Shown in pieces: positions 45,669 to 55,394 of a stretch of DNA of 64,000 nt; position 1 is the stretch's first letter; every line of letters begins with the position of its first letter. The notes under the pieces were generated by a model. It did no database searches and was not told where the DNA came from. It saw nothing but the letters and a program-made list of their open reading frames with translations. The stretch is from positions 475,465 through 539,464 of the forward strand of contig KV454015.1 of assembly GCA_001661245.1 (NCBI GenBank), read 5' to 3'. This stretch comes from Pachysolen tannophilus NRRL Y-2460 (Eukaryota). The position numbers and the translations under genes were made by a program.

Positions 45669-47951
45669 TTAATCATTTTTGATTCGTTCGTAAAACAACA
45701 CATAAACTTCATCACTTTGTAAAGATTTAATTCCTCTAGCTAAATCACCATGGGTAACATTGTAAGCAACCCTTTCATCATCAAAAAAACACCAAAATGG
45801 AGAATGCAAATGACTGGATTTATTAACTACTGCAGTGTAATGACCAGAAGTTATATTTGGACCAGAATGGTTGATTATTGAATTCAACTTGTATCTCGTA
45901 GTTCTAGCTTCAACAAAACCATTGCTAAATGAATTAAAATCTGAATTTGACATCGAGGGAGAAGGTGGACTTGATGGTATTTGATCGTAAACTGGAATCT
46001 CCAATATTAATGGATAGATTATAGGTGTATGTAGCTTCCTTTGCATGTAATCAAACCTTGATAAATGAATAATCAAATATGAAGGTAAAGATATAAACCT
46101 CAATGATTTGATTGCTGCTCTATTTGGATCAACATTTTGCGACTGCTGTTTATTATGATGCTTTTTCTTATCATTAGAACTAGATGGTCTTGAAGGCGAA
46201 GATGATTTATTTCTGGATGTCATTTTTTTGAAAATATTCTTATTTTTTTTTTCAAAAATTTTTTCAACTGGTGAAATTGAAGGTGTAATATTTTCTTTTA
46301 CCCCATTTTCCTCCATTTTTTTCAAATCTTCTTCTTTCATATTTTTACATCTAGGACAATCCCAAGAATTTTCACCAGTTAAAAGTTCAGATTGAGTAAA
46401 AAATTTGATACATTCCGTAAGTTCAATCATTGATCTTTGATATTTCATTTGAGGAATATTCAATGATAATACATTAAAACTTGAAAATGTCTTGGATTCA
46501 AATCCACAAATTTGACATTGTAAATTACTTTCTAGTTGACCTTCAAAAAATGCATTAATTGGTGATAAACCTTCTTTACTAACTTTTTGCTCAAACCAAT
46601 CTTTATATTCTTTTGAATTTGAATGCATCACTATAGTTCTTGGAAATTCATAAATTGTTAATTCAGTTTTGCATAATTCATCATGTAATCTATTTAATAT
46701 AAGTAATAAAATTTCTTGAACATCTTGTTGATTATTAATTACAAATGAAGCATCTGATAAATTATCCAAATATTTCAAAAATCTAGAAGGAGCAACAGTA
46801 GAACCACCATTATTTGTAATAGTTTTCACCAATGAAGCCAAAGCATAACTTAAGAAAACTTGTGGATGAATATTATCATTAGATACAGGTTGAACATATC
46901 TTTGGTATTCATTCATTCTAAAAAGTCCCATAAATGTTCTTGCATTATATAGACATTGAATTAATGAATTTAAATAACAAGTGCTACCATAATTTTTCAA
47001 ACCACAAATGCTGAATTGAACTGGAGGATTCGTAATTTGCAGCTGCGGTGGTGGTGTATAATACGCTGGAGGAGGAGGCAGATACTGTTGATATTGATAA
47101 GGCAAAGTGTTTGAAGAAGAAGAAAAAGAAGTATGTGGTAACGGGAACAGCGGCCTGTTGGTAATTGACGAGCTTGGAGGTAAAGGTCCTTTTGTTGGAT
47201 ATGGTTGTTGTTGTTGTTGTTGTTGTTGTTGTTGCGACAAGTTCCGGGAACCTTCAGTGTTATAAACCGATGACAAAGGGATCGGAGGAGGGAAAACATG
47301 GGGAGCATTTAACGATGTATTAACAGAAGCAGCAGCACGAACAGCACGCACATCTGGCGAAACTTCAATAGCGTCCTTTGGTAAAGGCGGTAAAGGGATC
47401 TCAGGTGGAGTGGCGTTGAGGCTATTATGACGATTATGACTAAAAGGATAAGACCTAGTACCTTTCGGTCTGTTATTAGAAAATTCATGATTTGAATATA
47501 AAGAATCGTTATAAGAACCATTACTTAAAGGTAACGACAGTGATACATCTTGGACCAATAAATCCTGACTATACTGATTCTCTCTCAAGTATTGAAGATT
47601 ATCCATTAGTGCGGTATTATTCGTATGCAGCGATATATCACGAATCTTGTCAGATTTTACCAAACGATTATTATTTCCACCATTTTTAGGATTAAAATCA
47701 TCACTAGCCATCTGAAGAGCTTTTTTCTTTAATACGGAATCTACCATTATTATTAATCTTCCAAAAATATCATAATTATGATATAATCCATCTAAATCGC
47801 TAATAATGGCCATTAATGTCCCATCATGAATATCCAAATTAAATCGAACTATATTCACCAACAAATAACCTTCAATGAAAACATGAGCACACTCGTTGTA
47901 ACTTGTCAGCTGAAACAACTTTAAAGAAGATTCAAGCAGATTTTCAGATAT
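45669..47951 (-). CDS. UBP7: Ubiquitin-specific protease Ubp7/Ubp11 (true start unresolved; first ATG at 47813)
   Basis: Cys box GLKNYGSTCYLNS, QQDVQE, GENSWDCPRC, His box HSG..SGHYT, VYVLFYER; neighbours GUT2 and BAS1. Confidence 0.82.
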   Translation of the reverse strand: MSENLLESSLKLFQLTSYNECAHVFIEGYLLVNIVRFNLDIHDGTLMAIISDLDGLYHNYDIFGRLIIMVDSVLKKKALQMASDDFNPKNGGNNNRLVKSDKIRDISLHTNNTALMDNLQYLRENQYSQDLLVQDVSLSLPLSNGSYNDSLYSNHEFSNNRPKGTRSYPFSHNRHNSLNATPPEIPLPPLPKDAIEVSPDVRAVRAAASVNTSLNAPHVFPPPIPLSSVYNTEGSRNLSQQQQQQQQQQPYPTKGPLPPSSSITNRPLFPLPHTSFSSSSNTLPYQYQQYLPPPPAYYTPPPQLQITNPPVQFSICGLKNYGSTCYLNSLIQCLYNARTFMGLFRMNEYQRYVQPVSNDNIHPQVFLSYALASLVKTITNNGGSTVAPSRFLKYLDNLSDASFVINNQQDVQEILLLILNRLHDELCKTELTIYEFPRTIVMHSNSKEYKDWFEQKVSKEGLSPINAFFEGQLESNLQCQICGFESKTFSSFNVLSLNIPQMKYQRSMIELTECIKFFTQSELLTGENSWDCPRCKNMKEEDLKKMEENGVKENITPSISPVEKIFEKKNKNIFKKMTSRNKSSSPSRPSSSNDKKKHHNKQQSQNVDPNRAAIKSLRFISLPSYLIIHLSRFDYMQRKLHTPIIYPLILEIPVYDQIPSSPPSPSMSNSDFNSFSNGFVEARTTRYKLNSIINHSGPNITSGHYTAVVNKSSHLHSPFWCFFDDERVAYNVTHGDLARGIKSLQSDEVYVLFYERIKND

Positions 47952-48702
47952 CTAGAGTTTATAGTTGGAAGTCCGAATAATATTCCTTATTAAATTGTTT
48001 TCATTATTTATGTCACTAAAAACATAGTAGTTGGTCAGTGAGTACTTTTTTTTTTTTTTTTTTTGTTAGCATCAGCTATGGTTGTTGATAATAATAATAG
48101 TTATTATCATTCTTTGACGCAGCTGCCGAGAATGCTGCCGAGTGTGCCGCCGAGTATGCCACCAAATGAAAATCGAGATCGTAGTGGTGGTAATGGTAAT
48201 GGTAATGGTAATAGTGGCCAGGATTTGAATTTGTCGTATTCGGATGATGATTTGGTTCGGTTTACGCAGACAAAGTTACAAGGGTTACAACATCAAATTT
48301 TAGGTTCTAGAGATTATCTTTCATCACGATATTTATTAAATTTGGTTGAGAAATCTTCTAACGCTGATTCGTATTCTTTTTGTTGTTGTTCTTCTTCTTC
48401 TTCATTATCATCATCAACTAATTTAGATCTTTTAAACGGGGATTTAAACTACACGACCAAAATTTTCATTTTGTAAAATTTTATTCACATAGAAAAATAT
48501 TGAAAAGTTGAGTTGAATAATAGGTAGGATATAAGGTGTTTGGTTGGTTATTTAGAGAGAGAGAGAGATAGTTGTAGAGAGAGTCAAATAGTTTTCTGAC
48601 TTTTTCTTTTTTTTTTTTTTTACAACGTTCAAGAGTTGTTTCAAACTTTTGTAAAAAGAGCAAAGATAGATTGAGATTAAACTTGAAACAAGAGAGTTAG
48701 TG

Positions 48703-51081
48703 ATGACATCGAAGAGGGAAGGAATCGAGATTAGTAGGGACATTTCTGTTGCTGGTAAGAATGGGAAGAAGGCTCCGATTGATTTGTTATCTATAACTGA
48801 GTCGTTGGGGTATCAGACTTTTAGAAGAGAGAGTAGACGACCATGGACTAAAGAAGATGATGAGATTTTAAAACTGGCTGTTATGGAACAACATATTAAT
48901 GGTGGGAACTCATCTTTGAGTTCTTTGGATGTTGATTTGATTAAGTGGGATTTGGTTTCTGGTAAGTTTAGTAATGGGTCGAGGAAGCCAAAGGATTGTA
49001 AGAAAAGATGGACTAGTTCTTTGGATCCGACTTTAAGAAGAGGTAAATGGACACCGATGGAAGATTCCAAGTTGATAGAAGCATTTAAGAAATATGGTGC
49101 TTCTTGGCAAAAAGTTTCAAAAGAAATTGAAGGAAGAAATGATGATCAGTGTGCTAAACGGTATATGGAAGTACTAGATCCAACTACAAAAGATCGGTTA
49201 AGACCTTGGGATAATGAAGAAGATTTAGCCTTAATAAGAAAAGTTAAAAAATATGGTACTAAATGGAGAGCAATATCTTTGGAGATGACTGGAAGGCCTA
49301 GTTTAACTTGTAGAAATAGATGGAGAAAAATAGTTACTGATGTTGTTAGAGGTAAGGCAGATGCTTTAATTACACGCGAGGTTGATTTAATTAATGGTAC
49401 AGGTGAAGGAACTCTGAGAATTGCAGGTATGATATTTGGTACTTCTAAATCGGAGAAACAAGATGAAGTAGAAGATCAAGAAGATCACGATAATGATGCT
49501 AATGACATTGATACGAATAAATACAACAATATTGGGAACAACTCTACTCCAGGGGTATCAGGGATTTTTTCTCAAAAAAATTCACCAAGATCTGATAGAG
49601 AAAATACCCCATTAACACAACTTTCAAATGTTTTAGAAAGACAAATGATTGATATTAATAGAAGGCAATATCAAGCTAATAATAGTGGGATTAATAATAA
49701 TAATAATAATAACGATATGAATTTAAATTTGAATTCCCCTCAATATTCATCAATTCATAGTTTACCTCCAATGAATTCTCAATCTCAGGGACCCGTACAA
49801 TCAAAAACCGAATGGAAATATTTCTTAACCACAAGTCAAGGTCAGGAGATACCAAATGGATTTGGAACTATCTCATCACAGGAAAGCGCACAGACTTTAA
49901 TAGATCTAGCGAAATCCCATAATATAAATATTACAGTTCATCAACATATTACACATCATTACGCACCACAACATCAGAGAAGCTTGGATCCGGAAACTCA
50001 GCTTTCAAGATATCAACATTTCAATTATCTTCCTCCATTAACAGAAGTTCCAAAGCTAACTAGTTCAAATTCAAGTCCAACTAGTAGTAATGGATCAAAC
50101 AATAAGGAAAGCGATTTAGCTAAACTATTGAACAATAGTGATAAAACTATTAGATCTAAAAACAATAGTAGATCTGAATATGAACTGGGAAAAGTGCTGT
50201 CTCAAAATTACTCTTCTTACAAAAATAAAAACGATACTGACAATAATGATAGATTTTCAAGTTATGGTACTTCCAGACAGCAGTTAGTTCCAAGCACACG
50301 ATCTGCAGAGTCTCATTTATCAAATGAGAGGAAAAGATTTACTCACTCATCTATACCTGAAACCGGTCATTCAACAACTTCAAGTACCAACACCGACAAT
50401 GGTAATGTTACTCATGATACTACTACCACTACTAATACTACTACTACCACTAATACTAACGCTAACGCTAATGCTAATGCTACTGTTAGTAATGGTTCTG
50501 TAAAAAACAACTATGATGGAATGTTTGTTACAGAAGATATAGATGAAGAATTGGATTTCTGGGAAACGATGAGATCTCTTACTCAAGTTAGACAAAATCA
50601 TCATACATCTTCTCATTATGCTAATAAAAACCAACCTCAAAATTTCGACAATAATAATGGGAAATTACCTGGATCCGGGTATAGCGGTAGCACCATACAT
50701 CACTCCAGTTATCATCCTATTCATAACCAGCCAACCGATACATCTGTGGCCAGCACATATGAAATTGTTTATGGTATAAATGATTATTATGGTATGGAAG
50801 AAGATGACGAAGATGAAGAAATGGATACGGAGAGTGATGATAACACGAATAACGACGTGGACAGTCCAAACTACATTACAAGTGCCACACCTCTTGCAAA
50901 CTCAGCAACTACCAATTCAGCAACTAACAATTCAGCAGCTACAAACTCAGCAGCTACCAATTCAGCAACTGCAAATGTTACAACAGTTGCTAGTGCTGGA
51001 ACTAATTCTAGCACCACGAACAATACCGCCGAAGGCTCTCAGTTCAGTATATTTGGACTATTTCCATTCAATCCTTCTTAA
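48703..51081 (+). CDS. BAS1: Myb transcription factor Bas1
   Basis: ITESLGYQT, three Myb repeats, DQCAKRY, RPSLTCRNRWRKI, C-terminal PFNPS. Confidence 0.93.
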   Translation: MTSKREGIEISRDISVAGKNGKKAPIDLLSITESLGYQTFRRESRRPWTKEDDEILKLAVMEQHINGGNSSLSSLDVDLIKWDLVSGKFSNGSRKPKDCKKRWTSSLDPTLRRGKWTPMEDSKLIEAFKKYGASWQKVSKEIEGRNDDQCAKRYMEVLDPTTKDRLRPWDNEEDLALIRKVKKYGTKWRAISLEMTGRPSLTCRNRWRKIVTDVVRGKADALITREVDLINGTGEGTLRIAGMIFGTSKSEKQDEVEDQEDHDNDANDIDTNKYNNIGNNSTPGVSGIFSQKNSPRSDRENTPLTQLSNVLERQMIDINRRQYQANNSGINNNNNNNDMNLNLNSPQYSSIHSLPPMNSQSQGPVQSKTEWKYFLTTSQGQEIPNGFGTISSQESAQTLIDLAKSHNINITVHQHITHHYAPQHQRSLDPETQLSRYQHFNYLPPLTEVPKLTSSNSSPTSSNGSNNKESDLAKLLNNSDKTIRSKNNSRSEYELGKVLSQNYSSYKNKNDTDNNDRFSSYGTSRQQLVPSTRSAESHLSNERKRFTHSSIPETGHSTTSSTNTDNGNVTHDTTTTTNTTTTTNTNANANANATVSNGSVKNNYDGMFVTEDIDEELDFWETMRSLTQVRQNHHTSSHYANKNQPQNFDNNNGKLPGSGYSGSTIHHSSYHPIHNQPTDTSVASTYEIVYGINDYYGMEEDDEDEEMDTESDDNTNNDVDSPNYITSATPLANSATTNSATNNSAATNSAATNSATANVTTVASAGTNSSTTNNTAEGSQFSIFGLFPFNPS

Positions 51082-51494
51082 AAACAATTTATACATGTAA
51101 TATTATCAATTTTCAATTACTTTTTTTCAGGCTACGTTTATATATATATATATATGATAAATATTGAATTAATAAAAATTAATTTAAAACACAAGACGGA
51201 TAAACTGCTATAAATCGAATAGATAAGATCCTTTCACAATCCTGATTTAAAAAAGTAAAAAAAAAAAAAAAATTAAAACCACTCACACAAATATTGAAAG
51301 GAGAAAAGAGATAAATAATCCATTTTAAACAAAGAAATGAAATCATCAACCTCTCTATATATATATGAAAAAAAAAAATATTATAAATTAATTGGTATAA
51401 ATAAAAAGAAGAAAATACCCCAAAAAAAAAAAAAAAAGAAAAGCATCTTATTCAACAAATTAACAACAATAAAAATTTCAAACTAGAATGGAAT

Positions 51495-51885
51495 TTATTT
51501 TCTTACAAAATACTCTGAGCTACTCATTGTTGCAGCACTAGAATCCAACAACCATTCTCCAAAATTTAAATACCTATCACCTATTTTCCTGAGTTCTGGC
51601 TGTGAATCCAAAAAATCCAATTTTGGAGTCAATCCTGTATTTCTCTTAACACCAGCCAAGAATCCCGATAATAAAGCCAAATCAAATGAATAGTGAACAA
51701 TTTTAGTAAACTATATTTTCGGAAATTGTTAATAATGTAATCCTTGATGGCAAAAACTTTTTTTAATGGCGCTAACAAACAAGTAATAATAAATCAAATT
51801 GAGCGCTTAAATCAATTCATCTCAAATCTTGTCATAATATACCTCCACATATCTCAGATTCATGGGAACTACTTACAAGAGCCAT
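51495..51885 (-). CDS. DUF1748 small protein, 74 aa, two exons (51885-51877, 51710-51495)
   Basis: MAL + FTKIVHYSFDLALLSGFLAGVKRNTGL..YLNFGEW; intron GTAAGT at 51876, TATTAAC at 51734-51728, TAG at 51711. Confidence 0.85.
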
Positions 51886-52680
51886 TTTTTGTTATTTTTT
51901 TTAATTTCTTCTTCTTCGTCTTCTCGTCTTCCAAGAAACAAATCTATAGAATTTAAAAATATAATTAAAAACCTTTTGTTTTGTTTTATTTAGTAAAGAA
52001 AATTAAATCTTTTATCTTATTTGTTTTAACATTACCCTGAATCTACCATTTTTACTGCCAAATATATATATATAAATATTTAAAAGCTTGATTCTAATTC
52101 CCTTTTAATTTGTTTAAAGATATTATACAATCAATCAAAATCTTGATAATGGGCAGGGCAGAGATATTCTATCTTTAGAGATAATATGGTATAATGGATA
52201 AGTTTCAAATTTCAAGTTATTTGCTGAATTGTTTTCATTTCAAAGTCGGTTAATTCGAGTACTAGAGTTTTTTTTTTTTTTTTGATTTGATTTTTTTTAC
52301 TATAGCTGATGGATATCTAAAGTCATTCAGTCGGTAACTGGCAAGATCTGTTTTGCTCTATCTTCTACATATCACACTGTCATTGGGAGCTTATCGAATT
52401 TGATTATCAATCTCCTTAATACTAAACCTACCTGTTAAGTTTTTTTTTTTTTTTTTTGATTATTTATTTATTTAATCATTTGATTTCCCGGTACAGCGCT
52501 AACTAACCGCCCATACCAATATTCATGCCAATAACTCGGAAATTCCTTCAAATGTCTTTGGCACCAAAGAATAAACTCAATCCTCCTCTAATTATAGCTT
52601 ATTATATATGATCTCGATGTAATTAATTATTAATGTCCAGGTTGGTTTGTTCGCTGTTGCTTTGTTACTTGATAGGTCTT

Positions 52681-52906
52681 CTCTGGGCTTCAGGGGATCT
52701 CAGGGGATCTCAGGGGATCTCAGGGGGTTCAGAGGGTTCAAGCGGGCGGGGCGACGGTACAATGAGGTGGGCCCTTGTTCAATGGCCCTTGCTTAAAGGT
52801 TCCTGCTTAAAGGGTTCCCGCGGAAAGAAAGAGGAAATTGGGCGGGAGCAAAGGGGAGATCCATAGGGAGGTCGTGCACCACTTCACCGGGCTGATTTCC
52901 GGGTAA
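52681..52906. promoter_or_regulatory. GC-rich regulatory island: (CAGGGGATCT)x3, AGGGG/AGGGTT motifs, Reb1 site
   Basis: 10-bp tandem repeat 52691-52720, duplicated GCTTAAAGG(G)TTCC, CCGGGTAA at 52899-52906. Confidence 0.6.
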
Positions 52907-53413
52907 AACAACAACAAAAAAACAAAAAATAAAAAAAAAAAAAACTTGAAAAGGCAGCTAACTAAAACTAACTAACATAACTAAATGATTAGCTCTTCCT
53001 ATTAAGAAAACCCATCTTTATTAAGTGGAAAATAAGAAAGTAATTGAAATTGAATTGTTTTTGTTTTAATACTAATTATAATTATAATTATAATTTTTTT
53101 TTTTGTTTCTTTGTTTTTTGTTTTTTTTTTTTTTTTTTGGAGAGTAAATCACTGGTTATTAAAAGGAAATTGGTTAGAATTTGAAAGTTAATTTTAAACT
53201 TATTGATAGATTTACAGTTTTATCTTGAAATTTTCTACAATTTTGAATCCGTGTTTGAAAATAAAAAGAAATATAAAGAAAATTTTAGTTTTTATAATTG
53301 TTATCAAGAGCTCATCAATACGTTACTGGTAATACTCATCAGGTATTTGTTTTATCTTAAATTTAATTTTTTTTTTTTTGATTTTTTGTGCTTAATTGTC
53401 CTTGAATGGCAAA

Positions 53414-55108
53414 ATGCCCGAAGGTAATGATAGAAAACGTGATATCTATAAAAGAGATAGTTATGTAAATTCAAACTATAGTAATAGAGGTGATTACGGA
53501 TATAGAGATAGGTATAATAGTAATTCAAGCCGAAGCGGTGGTGGGAGGTATTCCGGTGGCCATCTCAGTAGAGATAGAGATAGTTATCAAGGTGGTTCAA
53601 GTGGTGGCGGCGGGAATAGTAGGAAATATGTTGATTCTTCTTCACGTTCTTTTGATAGACCATTGCCAACTGGGCCGAGAAAGCAACATCTGCCAGAACA
53701 AGCATCATTATCGTCTTCGTATGTGCGGGATGAAGAAAAATCCAAGAGACCAAGAAAACTTGGTGATAGAGGTTTGGAACCAGATTTGATGGATGATAAG
53801 AGAAAAAATCCTCGTTATGATTCAAATCCCAAGGAAAAGAATAACAATAATAATAATAATAATAATAATAATAGTAATTCTAAGAAAGCAAGTGATTTGG
53901 TATTGCCCAGAGGTCCACGTAAAAGATTTAATCGTGATAATTATATTCCACATGGTAAAGTGAGATCATTCACTGAGCCTGTAACAAAAGTCAATGCTAG
54001 AAATAAATTAGGATTTGATGATGAAGAAGATGAAGAAGATGAGGATGGTGGTGATAATTATCCGGAGACTAATCATCATCATCAGTATGATAAACCTGCT
54101 CAAAGGAAACTTTTCCTTGAAATTCAAAAAAGGACAACCCCAATTTATGAAAGAATTCAACAAGTTGGCGAAGGAACATATGGAAAAGTTTATAAAGCCA
54201 AAAATAGATTAACTGATAAATTGGTGGCATTAAAAAGATTAAGATTAGAAAGTGAAAGAGAAGGTTTTCCAATAACTGCAATGAGAGAAATTAGATTACT
54301 TCAATCTTTTCAACATGAAAATGTATCTAGTCTTACAGAAATGATGGTTGAAAAAAATTCAATTTATATGATCTTTGAATATATGGAACATGATTTAACA
54401 GGTTTATTAACTCATCCACTGGTTGATTTAACATTGGCAAATAAAAAATACTTATTTAAACAATTATTAACTGGTATCAATTACCTTCATGAAAAGAGAA
54501 TAATGCATCGTGATATAAAAGGTTCAAATATCTTGATTGATAAATTTGGAACTTTAAAAATTACAGATTTTGGACTTGCAAGAAAAATGAAAAATATTAA
54601 ACCAGATGAATCTCCTGATTATACAAATAGAGTTATAACTTTATGGTATAGACCACCAGAATTATTATTAGGAGCTACTGATTATGGAAGAGAAGTTGAT
54701 ATTTGGGGGATAGGATGTTTATTAATAGAATTGTTCACTAAAAAAGCCATCTTTCAAGGAGCAAATGAAATCTCACAATTACAAAGTATATTAAAAATAA
54801 TGGGGACACCAACATATCAAGAATGGCCTGAAATGGATGATTTATTATGGTACCATATTTTAAAACCAGAATATCAAAAACGGAAATTTAATGAATTATA
54901 TAATAAAGTCTTACTTGATGATGAAAATTGTATTAAATTATGTGAAGATTTATTACAACAAAATCCTGCAAAAAGAATAACAGCTAAAGAAGCTTTAGAA
55001 TATGAATGGTTTAAAACAGAACCATTGGAAGAAAAATTGAGTCTTGAAGGATTAGAAGAAATGCATGAATATGAAGTTAAAAGGAGAAGAAAAGCTGGGA
55101 AGAAATGA
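53414..55108 (+). CDS. CTK1: CTD kinase catalytic subunit Ctk1 (CDK12-like)
   Basis: GEGTYG, EREGFPITAMREI, HRDIKGSN, DYTNRVITLWYRPPE, EMHEYE. Confidence 0.92.
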   Translation: MPEGNDRKRDIYKRDSYVNSNYSNRGDYGYRDRYNSNSSRSGGGRYSGGHLSRDRDSYQGGSSGGGGNSRKYVDSSSRSFDRPLPTGPRKQHLPEQASLSSSYVRDEEKSKRPRKLGDRGLEPDLMDDKRKNPRYDSNPKEKNNNNNNNNNNNSNSKKASDLVLPRGPRKRFNRDNYIPHGKVRSFTEPVTKVNARNKLGFDDEEDEEDEDGGDNYPETNHHHQYDKPAQRKLFLEIQKRTTPIYERIQQVGEGTYGKVYKAKNRLTDKLVALKRLRLESEREGFPITAMREIRLLQSFQHENVSSLTEMMVEKNSIYMIFEYMEHDLTGLLTHPLVDLTLANKKYLFKQLLTGINYLHEKRIMHRDIKGSNILIDKFGTLKITDFGLARKMKNIKPDESPDYTNRVITLWYRPPELLLGATDYGREVDIWGIGCLLIELFTKKAIFQGANEISQLQSILKIMGTPTYQEWPEMDDLLWYHILKPEYQKRKFNELYNKVLLDDENCIKLCEDLLQQNPAKRITAKEALEYEWFKTEPLEEKLSLEGLEEMHEYEVKRRRKAGKK

Positions 55109-55394
55109 TTTTTAATGTTGTTGTTGTTGTTGTTGTTGTTGTAAATCGTATATATTTGCTAATTAAAAAATTGTATATGTATTATTATGCATGAACCCCT
55201 TTTTTTTTTTTTTTTCACTTCATATATACTAAAAAAAAAAAGCTGCTTTTGTGTAAGAAAGAAAGTTCAACTTCAACAATATATATGGCTGTAACAATTC
55301 TTTTAAACTAAGAAAAAAAGGATAGCAAGATCTTTTAGCATTAGGATAAGAATAAGCAATCTTGAATTATTGTTTCAAATTAAAAGTAAGCAAA

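Noticed and set aside
47951..48311. Inversion between two TCTAGA sites moving the UBP7 N-terminus to the other strand
   Set aside because: Re-inverting does not put the 48078 ORF in frame with UBP7
52633..52866. 77-aa ORF in the GC island
   Set aside because: The open frame is explained by high GC and tandem repeats; codon usage is unlike the real genes
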